The position numbers and the translations under genes were made by a program. From positions 1 to 64,000 of IMG/VR virus record IMGVR_UViG_3300028840_003224: DNA of 64,000 nt; one strand, 5' to 3'. The stretch is from an uncultured virus (IMG/VR IMGVR_UViG_3300028840_003224) (taxonomy: Duplodnaviria; Heunggongvirae; Uroviricota; Caudoviricetes). The stretch's first letter is position 1. Every line of letters starts with the position of its first letter. The notes beneath the pieces were generated by a model. It was not told the DNA's origin and did not search any database. It saw only the letters and a program-made list of their open reading frames with translations. Of this stretch, positions 56,634 to 64,000 are shown in pieces.

Positions 56634-59187
56634 CACATACTATATAGATTCTGAGACGGTTGGCTTTCAAGGTCTCATCACCCTCATCCAGTGGGCTTAC
56701 GAGGATGGGGATGTTCACCTGCACAACCTCTGGGATGTGCCGGTGCGTGACACCATTGAGCTGCTGGAGAAGTTCGTAGAGAAGGGTAAGACCCTGTGCT
56801 TCTTCAACGCCAACTACGACACGTTCCACATGTGCAAGGTGTACACGATGTGGAAGCTGCTGGCTGAGCGTGTAGGTCCTGACGCTGTGCCGAAGAACAT
56901 CCACGTGGATGTCCTGGCGCAGGCAGAGAAGGACGCCCGAGACGGCGACTGCTACAAGCCTGACAACGTCATCTGCCTGATGCTGCACAGCCGCAAGGGC
57001 AAGTTCCAGACGCTCATGTCGCGGCACGACGTGCGTGTGACGAAGGTCCCGAGACAGCTCGGGTCGAAGCTGGCTCAGGAGCTGGAGAAGCGTATTGAGC
57101 TGGACGGCATCTTGTTCGCTAAGAGAGCCAACCCCAACGCTCCGAAGTGGGGCGTGTACGACAGGATTAAGAAGGGCAAGGAAGATGAGATCGATCCGGA
57201 CTTCGTCGATGTTACACTGAAGTTCAAACCTGCGAGAGGGCTGAAGTATCTGGCCGAGCACTGCCTCGGTCTGGACCCTGAGTTCCACTCGTTCAAGGAT
57301 GTCTACCCAATCCGCCCGCACAAGCTGGCAGAGATCGGGTACGCTCCGTTCGCCTTGGGAATCAGCAAGCCTGAGGTGGATTGGAAAGTATGGGATAAGC
57401 AGCGTAAACTGAAGGGCTACGCATGGCCCGCGCTCATTCATATTGACATTAAACACTGGAGAGATAATGAAGAGGCTAGACGCTACGCACGAGACGACGT
57501 TGTCTACACACGGTTGCTCGACGAATACTTCGGCTTCCCAGAAGCAGGAGACAATGACTCAGTGCTTGCATGCATGGTCGCCTCTGTTCGTTGGCATGGT
57601 TTCACCATCGACGCCACAGAGATCGCCAGACTACTTGCAAAATCCCGCCAAGTGCTTGAGGCATCCCCGGTAAACATCAACAAGCCTTCCAAGGTCAAAG
57701 AGTACATCCGCGAAGTGATGGACGAGACCGAGGCAACCTTGATCGACAAGAGCACGAAGAAGGCGAACCTGGAGAAGATACGTGACGAATACATTGTTGA
57801 TCCTGATGATTGTGACCCTGAGCTGGGCGGTGAGCTGTGCATTAAATGTTTTGGCGACGGCTGCATTCGGTGTTCTGAAGCGGGCTTCCTCCCGGCTGGA
57901 CCAACCCCAGCGTCCAAGCGGGCCGACGAGATCCTGCACATTAAGGCCGCAGCGAAAGAAGTCGAACTGTACACAAAGCTGCTGCAAGCCGGACGGTTCC
58001 ACGCCGCGTTCAAAGTTATTGGAACCTTGTCATCCCGTATGGCGGGCGGGGAAGGTCTCAACGCGCAAGGCATTAAAGGGTCTGACGAAGTTCGGTCGAG
58101 CTTCCCGCTGAAGTGGGGAGGCATGGTTCTGTGCGGTGGTGACTTCGACGGCTTCGAGGTGACCTTGGCAGACGCTGTGTTCCAGGACGCCAAGCTACGG
58201 GCTGACCTGCTGGCTGGCAAGTCTATCCACACCATGATGGCGGTGGAGATCTATCCGAACAAGACTGAGGAAGAGATCAAGGCATCGAAAGGATATAAGG
58301 ACGGTGGCGATGTCGATATGTACACTCGTGGCAAGCAGGCTGTGTTTGCAACATTGTACGGCGGCGACGCAAACACCATCAATAAAAAGCTGTCGATTCC
58401 TAAGAAGGTCGCCGAGACCGCATTCGACAACTTCCAGAACAAGTACCCAGGCATCAAAGCAGCACGTGACAAAGTTGCCGAAGACTTCGCAGCTCTGGAG
58501 CAGCACGGCGAGGTTGGTACAGGCAAGATCACGTATAAGGTGCCTGCTGAGTATGTCGAAACGTTCCTCGGATTCCGACGCTACTTCCCTATCGAGAATA
58601 AGATTGCTAAGGCCATCTTCGACCTCGCCCACGACGTTCCCAAAGCCTGGAGACGACTTGACTTTAAGGTCGTCCGAAGAGACCGAGAACAAACGCCAGC
58701 GGGAGCAGTGTCATCGGCGTTATATGGAGCAGCTTTCCAGATACAGGCAGCGAATATCCGGGCGGCTAACAACCACCTCATCCAGTCACCTGGAGCTATG
58801 ATCACGAAGGACTTGCAGCGACAGATCTGGGACATCCAGCCCAGCGGTGTGAACCCCTGGCGGGTGGCTCCGATCAACATCCACGATGAGGTGCTCAGCG
58901 TGACCGACCCGGACTACGTCGACGAGGTGACCGATGTCACCTTGCGGGTGGTCGAGTCATACCGCGACCGGGTGCCGCTGATCGGCATGGACTGGGTCAA
59001 GAGCATGGAGAACTGGGCAGGGAAGAAGGGCGCGAAGGAAGCGGTCATCTCCATCGGCCCGCACGGCATCAAGGAAGTGTTCGACGACGAAGAGTACGTG
59101 GCCCCGATGGGGATCGAAGAACTGGAGGCGTTGGACGAAGTGCCTGACCCCTGCCTAGACCTTAGCAGCTTGGAGAACATGATATGA
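56617..59187 (+). CDS. polA: DNA polymerase family A with 3'-5' exonuclease
   Basis: IDSET, FNANYD, YARDD; GTLSSR; DFDGFE (A); KQAVFATLYGG (B); NIHDE (C). Confidence 0.92.
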   Translation: MRFRPNTYYIDSETVGFQGLITLIQWAYEDGDVHLHNLWDVPVRDTIELLEKFVEKGKTLCFFNANYDTFHMCKVYTMWKLLAERVGPDAVPKNIHVDVLAQAEKDARDGDCYKPDNVICLMLHSRKGKFQTLMSRHDVRVTKVPRQLGSKLAQELEKRIELDGILFAKRANPNAPKWGVYDRIKKGKEDEIDPDFVDVTLKFKPARGLKYLAEHCLGLDPEFHSFKDVYPIRPHKLAEIGYAPFALGISKPEVDWKVWDKQRKLKGYAWPALIHIDIKHWRDNEEARRYARDDVVYTRLLDEYFGFPEAGDNDSVLACMVASVRWHGFTIDATEIARLLAKSRQVLEASPVNINKPSKVKEYIREVMDETEATLIDKSTKKANLEKIRDEYIVDPDDCDPELGGELCIKCFGDGCIRCSEAGFLPAGPTPASKRADEILHIKAAAKEVELYTKLLQAGRFHAAFKVIGTLSSRMAGGEGLNAQGIKGSDEVRSSFPLKWGGMVLCGGDFDGFEVTLADAVFQDAKLRADLLAGKSIHTMMAVEIYPNKTEEEIKASKGYKDGGDVDMYTRGKQAVFATLYGGDANTINKKLSIPKKVAETAFDNFQNKYPGIKAARDKVAEDFAALEQHGEVGTGKITYKVPAEYVETFLGFRRYFPIENKIAKAIFDLAHDVPKAWRRLDFKVVRRDREQTPAGAVSSALYGAAFQIQAANIRAANNHLIQSPGAMITKDLQRQIWDIQPSGVNPWRVAPINIHDEVLSVTDPDYVDEVTDVTLRVVESYRDRVPLIGMDWVKSMENWAGKKGAKEAVISIGPHGIKEVFDDEEYVAPMGIEELEALDEVPDPCLDLSSLENMI

Positions 59188-59477
59188 GCCAAAAGGACAT
59201 GCTGCCAAAGATGCTGCTTGTCAGAGTTCGCATCAACCCAGATGGCGATGGGTGCACTGGGTTGTACGGCCCTTTCGGAATCCTGATAGCTGGAGGCGAT
59301 GAATACCACGACAGCATCAGTGCGTACATCGACGGGTACGTGGACGCCCTGTCCAACTACCACGAGGTGAAGGTGGAGAACTGGACGCTGCCGAGCGACC
59401 ACCCGGAGACTTACAACATCAACTGGATGCCTCACGACATCCTTGATCTGCCTATTGAAGGGATGGAGAAGCCATGA
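59184..59477 (+). CDS. Hypothetical protein
   Basis: ATGA overlap; GDEYHDSISAYIDGY. Confidence 0.7.
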   Translation: MSQKDMLPKMLLVRVRINPDGDGCTGLYGPFGILIAGGDEYHDSISAYIDGYVDALSNYHEVKVENWTLPSDHPETYNINWMPHDILDLPIEGMEKP

Positions 59478-59776
59478 AGTTCGACATCGTAGTAGTTGAA
59501 GGGGATCGCGGGCGGATGGGCCTGTACGTGAATGGCGGGCTGGAGATGGACGACTTCACCTGTTCTCAGTTTCGGGTGTCTACCTCAATCCAGGCCCGCA
59601 TCGAGGGGTTCATGGATGGCGTCGACATGGTCTGCGATTACCATCCGGACGGATACTCATACACACTCTCCCAATGGCGTTACGTGGGCCCTGAGAGCCT
59701 CTCAGAGGGTTACGTGCACAACGGGCTTCCCATGTACCTGACCGAAATCCAGGAAGTTTTCCTGGAATTGATTTGA
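59474..59776 (+). CDS. Hypothetical protein, weakly similar to upstream gene
   Basis: GLY...SIQARIEGFMDG. Confidence 0.7.
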   Translation: MKFDIVVVEGDRGRMGLYVNGGLEMDDFTCSQFRVSTSIQARIEGFMDGVDMVCDYHPDGYSYTLSQWRYVGPESLSEGYVHNGLPMYLTEIQEVFLELI

Positions 59777-59816
59777 CACCGGTCTGGGGTGGTGTATGAT
59801 TTAGGTAGACAAAACA
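59773..59816 (+). promoter_or_regulatory. Sigma70-like promoter
   Basis: TTGACA-16-TATGAT-TTAGGTAGACAAAACA. Confidence 0.75.
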
Positions 59817-59836
59817 TCACAAACAAGGAAACAGAC

Positions 59837-60112
59837 ATGCCGAACGAATCAAACATGCGAAACCTAAAGGCCCTGATGGACCTGCTGTCGGACAACCACG
59901 CTGACATCACCGCACAAGCGGCTCACGTCAACGCACGAGTCATCTTGGCCGACGAGCGCAACTCGGAGCGGGCTGGTTCTGGCAGTGTAAGCCTCAAGTG
60001 GGCCGCTCGCCAGTTGGAGACCCTGGAAGAGCTGCTGGATAATCAACGGCGGCGAACGGCTCGCGTCCTGGCAGAAGTCAAAGCAATCAGAAAGAATCTG
60101 AAAACGGTTTGA
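59837..60112 (+). CDS. Hypothetical helical protein
   Basis: AAGGA RBS after promoter. Confidence 0.7.
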   Translation: MPNESNMRNLKALMDLLSDNHADITAQAAHVNARVILADERNSERAGSGSVSLKWAARQLETLEELLDNQRRRTARVLAEVKAIRKNLKTV

Positions 60113-60122
60113 AAGGTGAGCC

Positions 60123-60401
60123 ATGAAACTTGAACAATGGGCAGTGTCCAACCTCAGCGGCCCTTACACTCCTCCGGAGTGTCAGATCCGGTGCATCTCG
60201 GGAGTCGTCAGCGGGAGCCCGCTGTTCGAGGACGGGAAGTTCATCACGACGTCGCGCATCGTCTCTGTAGAGGGCCGAGTAGTGACGACCAACAGCGGCA
60301 GCGAATACACCCTGGGCGACCCAGACCCTGACTACGTCGCGTGGTGTGTAGAGAACGGCTTCGACCCGCCGTCCGAAGAAAACCCTATCCGAGTCCTTTG
60401 A
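60123..60401 (+). CDS. Hypothetical phage protein
   Basis: PYTPPE...FEDGKFITTS...YTLGDP. Confidence 0.8.
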   Translation: MKLEQWAVSNLSGPYTPPECQIRCISGVVSGSPLFEDGKFITTSRIVSVEGRVVTTNSGSEYTLGDPDPDYVAWCVENGFDPPSEENPIRVL

Positions 60402-60426
60402 GGAGGGAAGCTTATGAAGATTTAAT

Positions 60427-60455
60427 TTGACAAGGCAACATTTGTGTGATAAGAT
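60427..60455 (+). promoter_or_regulatory. Sigma70-like promoter upstream of RNA cluster
   Basis: TTGACA-17-TAAGAT with TG extension. Confidence 0.75.
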
Positions 60456-60657
60456 TGAGTATACCTTTAACGTAAACAGAAGAACAAGGCCACCGACCGA
60501 ACGGCTGTGGCAGACAACCAACCAGGAGGACAGACCAATGTTTCAGGGGCTGTAATGGCCCCATCAGAGGACGACGAGCTAGGTGCTCAGTAGTGGTGAA
60601 ATTGAGATAAATGATTTACCTCATACGATAAACAACACAGCCTAGCAAGTCAACACT

Positions 60658-60730
60658 GTGGACGCTTAGCTCAGTATGTTGAGAGCGCCCCGCTTGGGGA
60701 GGTCGCTGGTTCAAATCCGACAGGTCCACA
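60658..60730 (+). ncRNA. tRNA-like RNA with truncated anticodon arm
   Basis: GTGGAC/GTCCAC ends, TAGCTCAG..GAGAGC D-arm, GGTTCAAATCC; anticodon arm only CCCC-GCTT-GGGG. Confidence 0.65.
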
Positions 60731-60734
60731 GTAT

Positions 60735-60807
60735 TCCGGGATGGCGCAGTTGGTAGCGCGGCAGATTGTTAATCTGTAGGTCACTGGTTCGAGCCCAGTT
60801 CCCGGAG
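60735..60807 (+). tRNA. tRNA-Asn(GTT)
   Basis: TCCGGGA/TCCCGGA acceptor; GCAGA-tt GTT aa-TCTGT. Confidence 0.95.
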
Positions 60808-60869
60808 CTTGGTGAATTCTAGACGCGAGCACCTCTCTACCGGGACGTGGTGCGAAGCACACCAATGAC

Positions 60870-60938
60870 ATGTTTGTAGCTCAGTTGGTAGAGTGCCGGT
60901 GCCACCGGTGGTCGGGGGTTCGAGTCCCTCCAGGCATG
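60870..60938 (+). ncRNA. tRNA-Gly-like RNA with 5-nt anticodon loop
   Basis: Normal D and T arms; CCGG-TGCCA-CCGG. Confidence 0.7.
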
Positions 60939-60939
60939 C

Positions 60940-61155
60940 TTGAAAGAGAGTGCGGAGAAAGAGGCGGGCAACAGTCCGGTTTTGACCTCACTAAGGCGAA
61001 GCAGTTTTGTGAGGAAGCTGTGGACCTCGACCCTCCGCTATTGAAACAGAAGGAAGCAAAGTGAGGAGGCGGGCAGCGGCCCGGTTTTGGCCCTCACCAG
61101 GGCGAATCAGTATTGTGAGGGTGCTGAGGACCTCCAAGATCTTTGCAATTGAAAC
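60940..61155 (+). repeat. Two diverged ~105-bp tandem units, probable structured RNA
   Basis: Cores 60961-61028 and 61066-61134; units bounded by TTGAAA. Confidence 0.8.
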
Positions 61156-61160
61156 ACCAC

Positions 61161-61258
61161 CCTGGCTGCGGGGACTCTGGGACGTCCAGGTGTGACGTCC
61201 TTGCTTGTAACTGAAGGGTTCGATCCCCATTGGGTAGGTTGCAAGCCCCGCAGCTGGG
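61161..61258 (+). ncRNA. Putative structured RNA with T-loop-like hairpin
   Basis: 13-bp closing stem, two inner stems, GGGTTCGATCCC. Confidence 0.5.
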
Positions 61259-61352
61259 ATTTCACAACGGAGAAGACGATGAACTTACTTTTACCACTGT
61301 TGATAATCGCCGTGCTGCTGGTGGCGTGGCTAACTGGAGGTGACAACATCTG

Positions 61353-61595
61353 ATGCTTGACGTACTGAGCGAAGAGAAGACGAAGAACGAAGGGAACGAC
61401 ATCGGCCCGTTGGTGTGGGACTGCCTCGCCAGCCATACTAGCCTGCCTCGGGCCGCGTGCAAGTCCCTGATCTACTGCCTGATCTACGGCGGACCTGTGC
61501 TCAAGATCTGCCGAGACAACAAGCTGGGTATCACCGAGATCATGTTGATCCGGACCACGTTCGACGACATTATGGAAGGCCATATCGCCCTTTAA
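61353..61595 (+). CDS. 80-aa protein resembling PolA fingers/motif B
   Basis: GGAGG upstream; RAACKSLIYCLIYGG...KI. Confidence 0.6.
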   Translation: MLDVLSEEKTKNEGNDIGPLVWDCLASHTSLPRAACKSLIYCLIYGGPVLKICRDNKLGITEIMLIRTTFDDIMEGHIAL

Positions 61596-61618
61596 CCCTT
61601 AACCACTTGGAGACTGTC

Positions 61619-61783
61619 ATGCGAAGTAAATGGCACGAGAGACAGGAAGAGAAGAAAGCCCTCATGGAAGAGAACGCAACGGAGCGTGCGAAACGCTCAA
61701 ACAAAGAGCAGCTTGAGGCTCTTGACTTCCGCCTTGGGAAAGGCGTCGGAGCGAAGAAAGAAAGGAAACGGCTGGCCGAATGA
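61619..61783 (+). CDS. Small basic phage protein
   Basis: GGAGA RBS; QLEALDFRLGKGVGAKKERKRL. Confidence 0.75.
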   Translation: MRSKWHERQEEKKALMEENATERAKRSNKEQLEALDFRLGKGVGAKKERKRLAE

Positions 61784-62046
61784 TCGATCTGATACTGGGC
61801 TGGGCGTTGGCAGCCACCGTCATACTGCTGCTATTGTCATGGGCCCATAGTGACATGAACCGAGAGCTGGAGAGAGCCCTACAAGGGTGGCGCAAGGCAG
61901 CGGCCCTCAAGGACGAAGCTAAGAAGGAGCGCATGAGGTCCGACAAAGAGTGCGAACGACTCAAGTTAGAGCTGTCTGTGGCGAACGCTCGCCGCATCCA
62001 AGTCCTCGACGATATGCATGAGGCCCTCGAACAGCACGAATATTAA
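61780..62046 (+). CDS. TM + coiled-coil protein
   Basis: ATGA overlap; hydrophobic N-terminus. Confidence 0.7.
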   Translation: MIDLILGWALAATVILLLLSWAHSDMNRELERALQGWRKAAALKDEAKKERMRSDKECERLKLELSVANARRIQVLDDMHEALEQHEY

Positions 62047-62051
62047 ACGCT

Positions 62052-62120
62052 TGCGGATGGGCTGGTGCTCAGCCGGGCCTCATAAGCCTGGACTCGAAGG
62101 TTCAATCCCTTCATCCGCAA
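62052..62120 (+). tRNA. tRNA-Met/Ile2(CAT) with minimal D-arm
   Basis: TGCGGAT/ATCCGCA; CGGGC-ct CAT aa-GCCTG; GAAGG-TTCAATC-CCTTC. Confidence 0.75.
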
Positions 62121-62122
62121 CT

Positions 62123-62239
62123 TGATCGGTTCTCCTCGCGGCTTGCAGTACACAAGCTGCCAACCCCTGCCAGGGGTAACTAGCGGGGAAGCGGGCTCGC
62201 GCGAGCCCACGGCATGGGGTGCAATTCCTTGGCCGATCA
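62123..62239 (+). ncRNA. Expanded tRNA-like RNA
   Basis: TGATCGGTT/GGCCGATCA closing stem, T-arm-like GGTGCAATTCC, extra internal hairpins. Confidence 0.55.
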
Positions 62240-62362
62240 CTTACTGAAATGCACCGAGGACTCTAGACCCGTGGTCCTCTGGTTGGTGCAGTCTCGTCTG
62301 GGCTTGGGCGGCGAAGTGGTAGACCAATACCCTCACCCCGGCCCAGCGAGGCGAACGGGTAT

Positions 62363-62435
62363 GCCCCGTTAGACTAATGGCCATGTCGCCACCCTTTCAA
62401 GGTGGAGGTTGCGAGTTCGAGTCTCGCACGGGGTA
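62363..62435 (+). tRNA. tRNA-Glu(TTC)
   Basis: GCCCCGT/ACGGGGT; CCACC-ct TTC aa-GGTGG. Confidence 0.92.
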
Positions 62436-62437
62436 CT

Positions 62438-62514
62438 GTGGTCGTAGCTCAATTAGTTAGAGCGTCGGATTGTGATTCCGAAGGTTGTGGATGCGAGTTC
62501 CACCGGCCACCCCA
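62438..62514 (+). tRNA. tRNA-His(GTG)
   Basis: GTGGTCG/CGGCCAC; TCGGA-tt GTG at-TCCGA; C-CCA end. Confidence 0.92.
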
Positions 62515-62539
62515 AACACCCTTAACCCTGGAGAGAATC

Positions 62540-62917
62540 GTGGAAGAACAAGTATTTGAACTCATCGAGACCGTGAAGGCTGGCTTGCCAGTCGTGTCCG
62601 AACAAGCTGTGCGTGCCTTACTCATCGACAAGTGGGTGGGGTTACTCTTCGGTCTCTTAGGCTTGCTCGTGACCATCCCGGCCAGTGTCTGGGCCATTCG
62701 GTGCTGGTACAAAGACTGCAAGCATGACGACGACTACATGATGGACCGCGACATGGAAGGCTTCATGCTGGTCGCCGCCGTCGTCCCTTCCGCTCTCGCG
62801 ATCATATCCTTGATCATCGTCGGCATCAATCTGTCCAGCATCATCAGCATCTCCAGCTGCCCGGACTACTACGCCGTGCTGCAAGTCATCGAGATGGCGA
62901 AGGGCGCGGTCAAATGA
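62540..62917 (+). CDS. Two-TM membrane protein
   Basis: GGAGA RBS before GTG 62540. Confidence 0.7.
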   Translation: MEEQVFELIETVKAGLPVVSEQAVRALLIDKWVGLLFGLLGLLVTIPASVWAIRCWYKDCKHDDDYMMDRDMEGFMLVAAVVPSALAIISLIIVGINLSSIISISSCPDYYAVLQVIEMAKGAVK

Positions 62918-63213
62918 TCTACATGGAATACGACCCGGACTCGGCAGGTACTCGCATCTCGTTCGTCGTTAAGGACACGTGCGACAACTCGATCCCGCAA
63001 GGGGTTGCCCACGCCCTCTTCGAGGGACTGGACGGCCAGTTCTTCACAGAGGGCCCACACCGTGCCCGAGCACCGCAGACCACGTTGAACCTGTTCAAGG
63101 TCGACCTGCTTCTGCATGCTGCTAGGTGCGAGCAGAGGGACGCTGACATCCGCCAGCAGAAGCGGGACTTCGAGGCCAAGTATGGCAAAGAGCCGCCGAG
63201 GGATTACAAATGA
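62914..63213 (+). CDS. Hypothetical protein
   Basis: ATGA overlaps. Confidence 0.7.
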   Translation: MIYMEYDPDSAGTRISFVVKDTCDNSIPQGVAHALFEGLDGQFFTEGPHRARAPQTTLNLFKVDLLLHAARCEQRDADIRQQKRDFEAKYGKEPPRDYK

Positions 63214-63638
63214 AGAAGTCATTTAAGAAGCTGACACTCGACGAGCGGGTATCCAAACTGCCGGTGTGGGCACAGGACCACATCAACGACTTGGAGCGTG
63301 ACGTACGGAACACCCGGCGACGGCTCGACCGCTTCCTCGACACCCAGACACCTACCAAGGTGTGGGTGGAGGACTATGTTGCTGGCGTGAAGAGCTACGT
63401 GCCTGACGACCGGGTTGTGATCTCCCACCAAGGGGTGACCTTGGAGGTGAACGCCCGTGGTGATGAAGGCATCAGGCTCCAGTGGCGTCCTCAGGGCACT
63501 CACGGCCTCGGAGAGCTGAGCTTCGTCCCGGTCAGCTACCAGCAGGCCAGGATCACCAACCTGCTCTATCAGCCAGCAGAGCTGGAACGTCTCGAACGAT
63601 TTAAGCAGCGAGCCGAGGAGAACCCCGATGCACGGTAG
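63210..63638 (+). CDS. Hypothetical protein
   Basis: KLPVWAQDHINDLER. Confidence 0.75.
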   Translation: MKKSFKKLTLDERVSKLPVWAQDHINDLERDVRNTRRRLDRFLDTQTPTKVWVEDYVAGVKSYVPDDRVVISHQGVTLEVNARGDEGIRLQWRPQGTHGLGELSFVPVSYQQARITNLLYQPAELERLERFKQRAEENPDAR

Positions 63639-63852
63639 ATTCTACCCAGAAGGCACCGACCCACCGAGGTTCATCCACCCCACGTTACCGCCATTTGAAA
63701 CGGAGACAAGAGAAATGTGCAGCCGCCAATCCAACAACGACCGAGCATTCAACACTCTGTGCCTCATTGTCGGCATCTGTGCTTCGGTGCTGTGCGTGGC
63801 TGCCGCCACCGTCGCAGTGTCCGCTCTGATTTATTTGGTCAATTCTATTTGA
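63628..63852 (+). CDS. Small C-terminal TM protein
   Basis: GAGGAG RBS. Confidence 0.6.
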   Translation: MHGRFYPEGTDPPRFIHPTLPPFETETREMCSRQSNNDRAFNTLCLIVGICASVLCVAAATVAVSALIYLVNSI

Positions 63853-63892
63853 CAACTGAGTTCCGCGCGGTAAGCTTTAAGTAGACAAAACA
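63849..63892 (+). promoter_or_regulatory. Sigma70-like promoter
   Basis: TTGACA-16-TAAGCT-TTAAGTAGACAAAACA. Confidence 0.75.
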
Positions 63893-63923
63893 ACTGATTC
63901 ACTAACCCTTTCTGGAGACCGTC

Positions 63924-64000
63924 ATGTCGGACGCGAAGAAACTGAAGAAGACGCGGAAGCACCTGAGCACGCTTACTCGTGGTCAGCTCGTAGCTCTCGC
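63924..64000 (+). CDS. Hypothetical protein, truncated by window end
   Basis: GGAGA RBS, ATG, frame open to end. Confidence 0.6.
   Translation, partial: MSDAKKLKKTRKHLSTLTRGQLVAL

Noticed and set aside
37782..59187. 2-aminoadenine (Z) genome pathway
   Set aside because: No PurZ-like gene in the window; hydrolase plus PolA is not sufficient
44961..59187. Inteins or introns in helicase or polymerase
   Set aside because: Frames are continuous, insertions are short Cys motifs, and no intein terminal signatures are seen
60940..61155. CRISPR mini-array suggested by ATTGAAAC ends
   Set aside because: The ~30 nt before each ATTGAAAC are only partly similar and the intervening sequences resemble each other, the opposite of repeat-spacer structure; no cas genes seen
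62112..62120. CATCCGCAA matching the origin iteron
   Set aside because: Single copy explained by the tRNA acceptor stem
1..64000. Integrated prophage or alternative genetic code
   Set aside because: No integrase, att-flanked host genes or repressor; core genes are intact in code 11 and all three stops are used

Overview
This window is 64 kb of a tailed dsDNA phage genome with siphovirus-like gene order. No integrase, repressor or host genes are visible. Host is unknown; Planctomycetota is only a weak guess from the gene content. Layout: (1) 1-1.75 kb repeat-rich non-coding region; (2) 1.8-10.7 kb accessory/envelope block with a possible small terminase, tRNA-Pro, two tandem paralogue pairs (one of LRR proteins), a Tat-signal papain-like peptidase, a thioredoxin and a DUF1360-like protein; (3) 10.7-37 kb morphogenesis: terminase, EndoVII/HNH, portal, scaffold, P22-type capsid, neck, tail tube, chaperone with a -1 frameshift, tape measure, tail tip; (4) 37-59 kb replication/metabolism: exonuclease, dATP/dGTP diphosphohydrolase, primase-helicase, ParB-like, SNF2 helicase, sugar C-methyltransferase, HMW1C-like N-glycosyltransferase, metallophosphoesterase, HNH, family A polymerase; (5) 59-64 kb small early-type genes with sigma70-like promoters and a cluster of tRNAs and tRNA-like RNAs. 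Most notable: a coupled sugar C-methyltransferase + HMW1C/GT41 protein N-glycosyltransferase pair; a Tat-signal protein built from a copy of the capsid N-terminus; a stand-alone polymerase motif-B fragment; two distant copies of an origin-like element; and tRNA-like RNAs with shrunken anticodon arms. All family calls are by-eye motif recognition, not database results.
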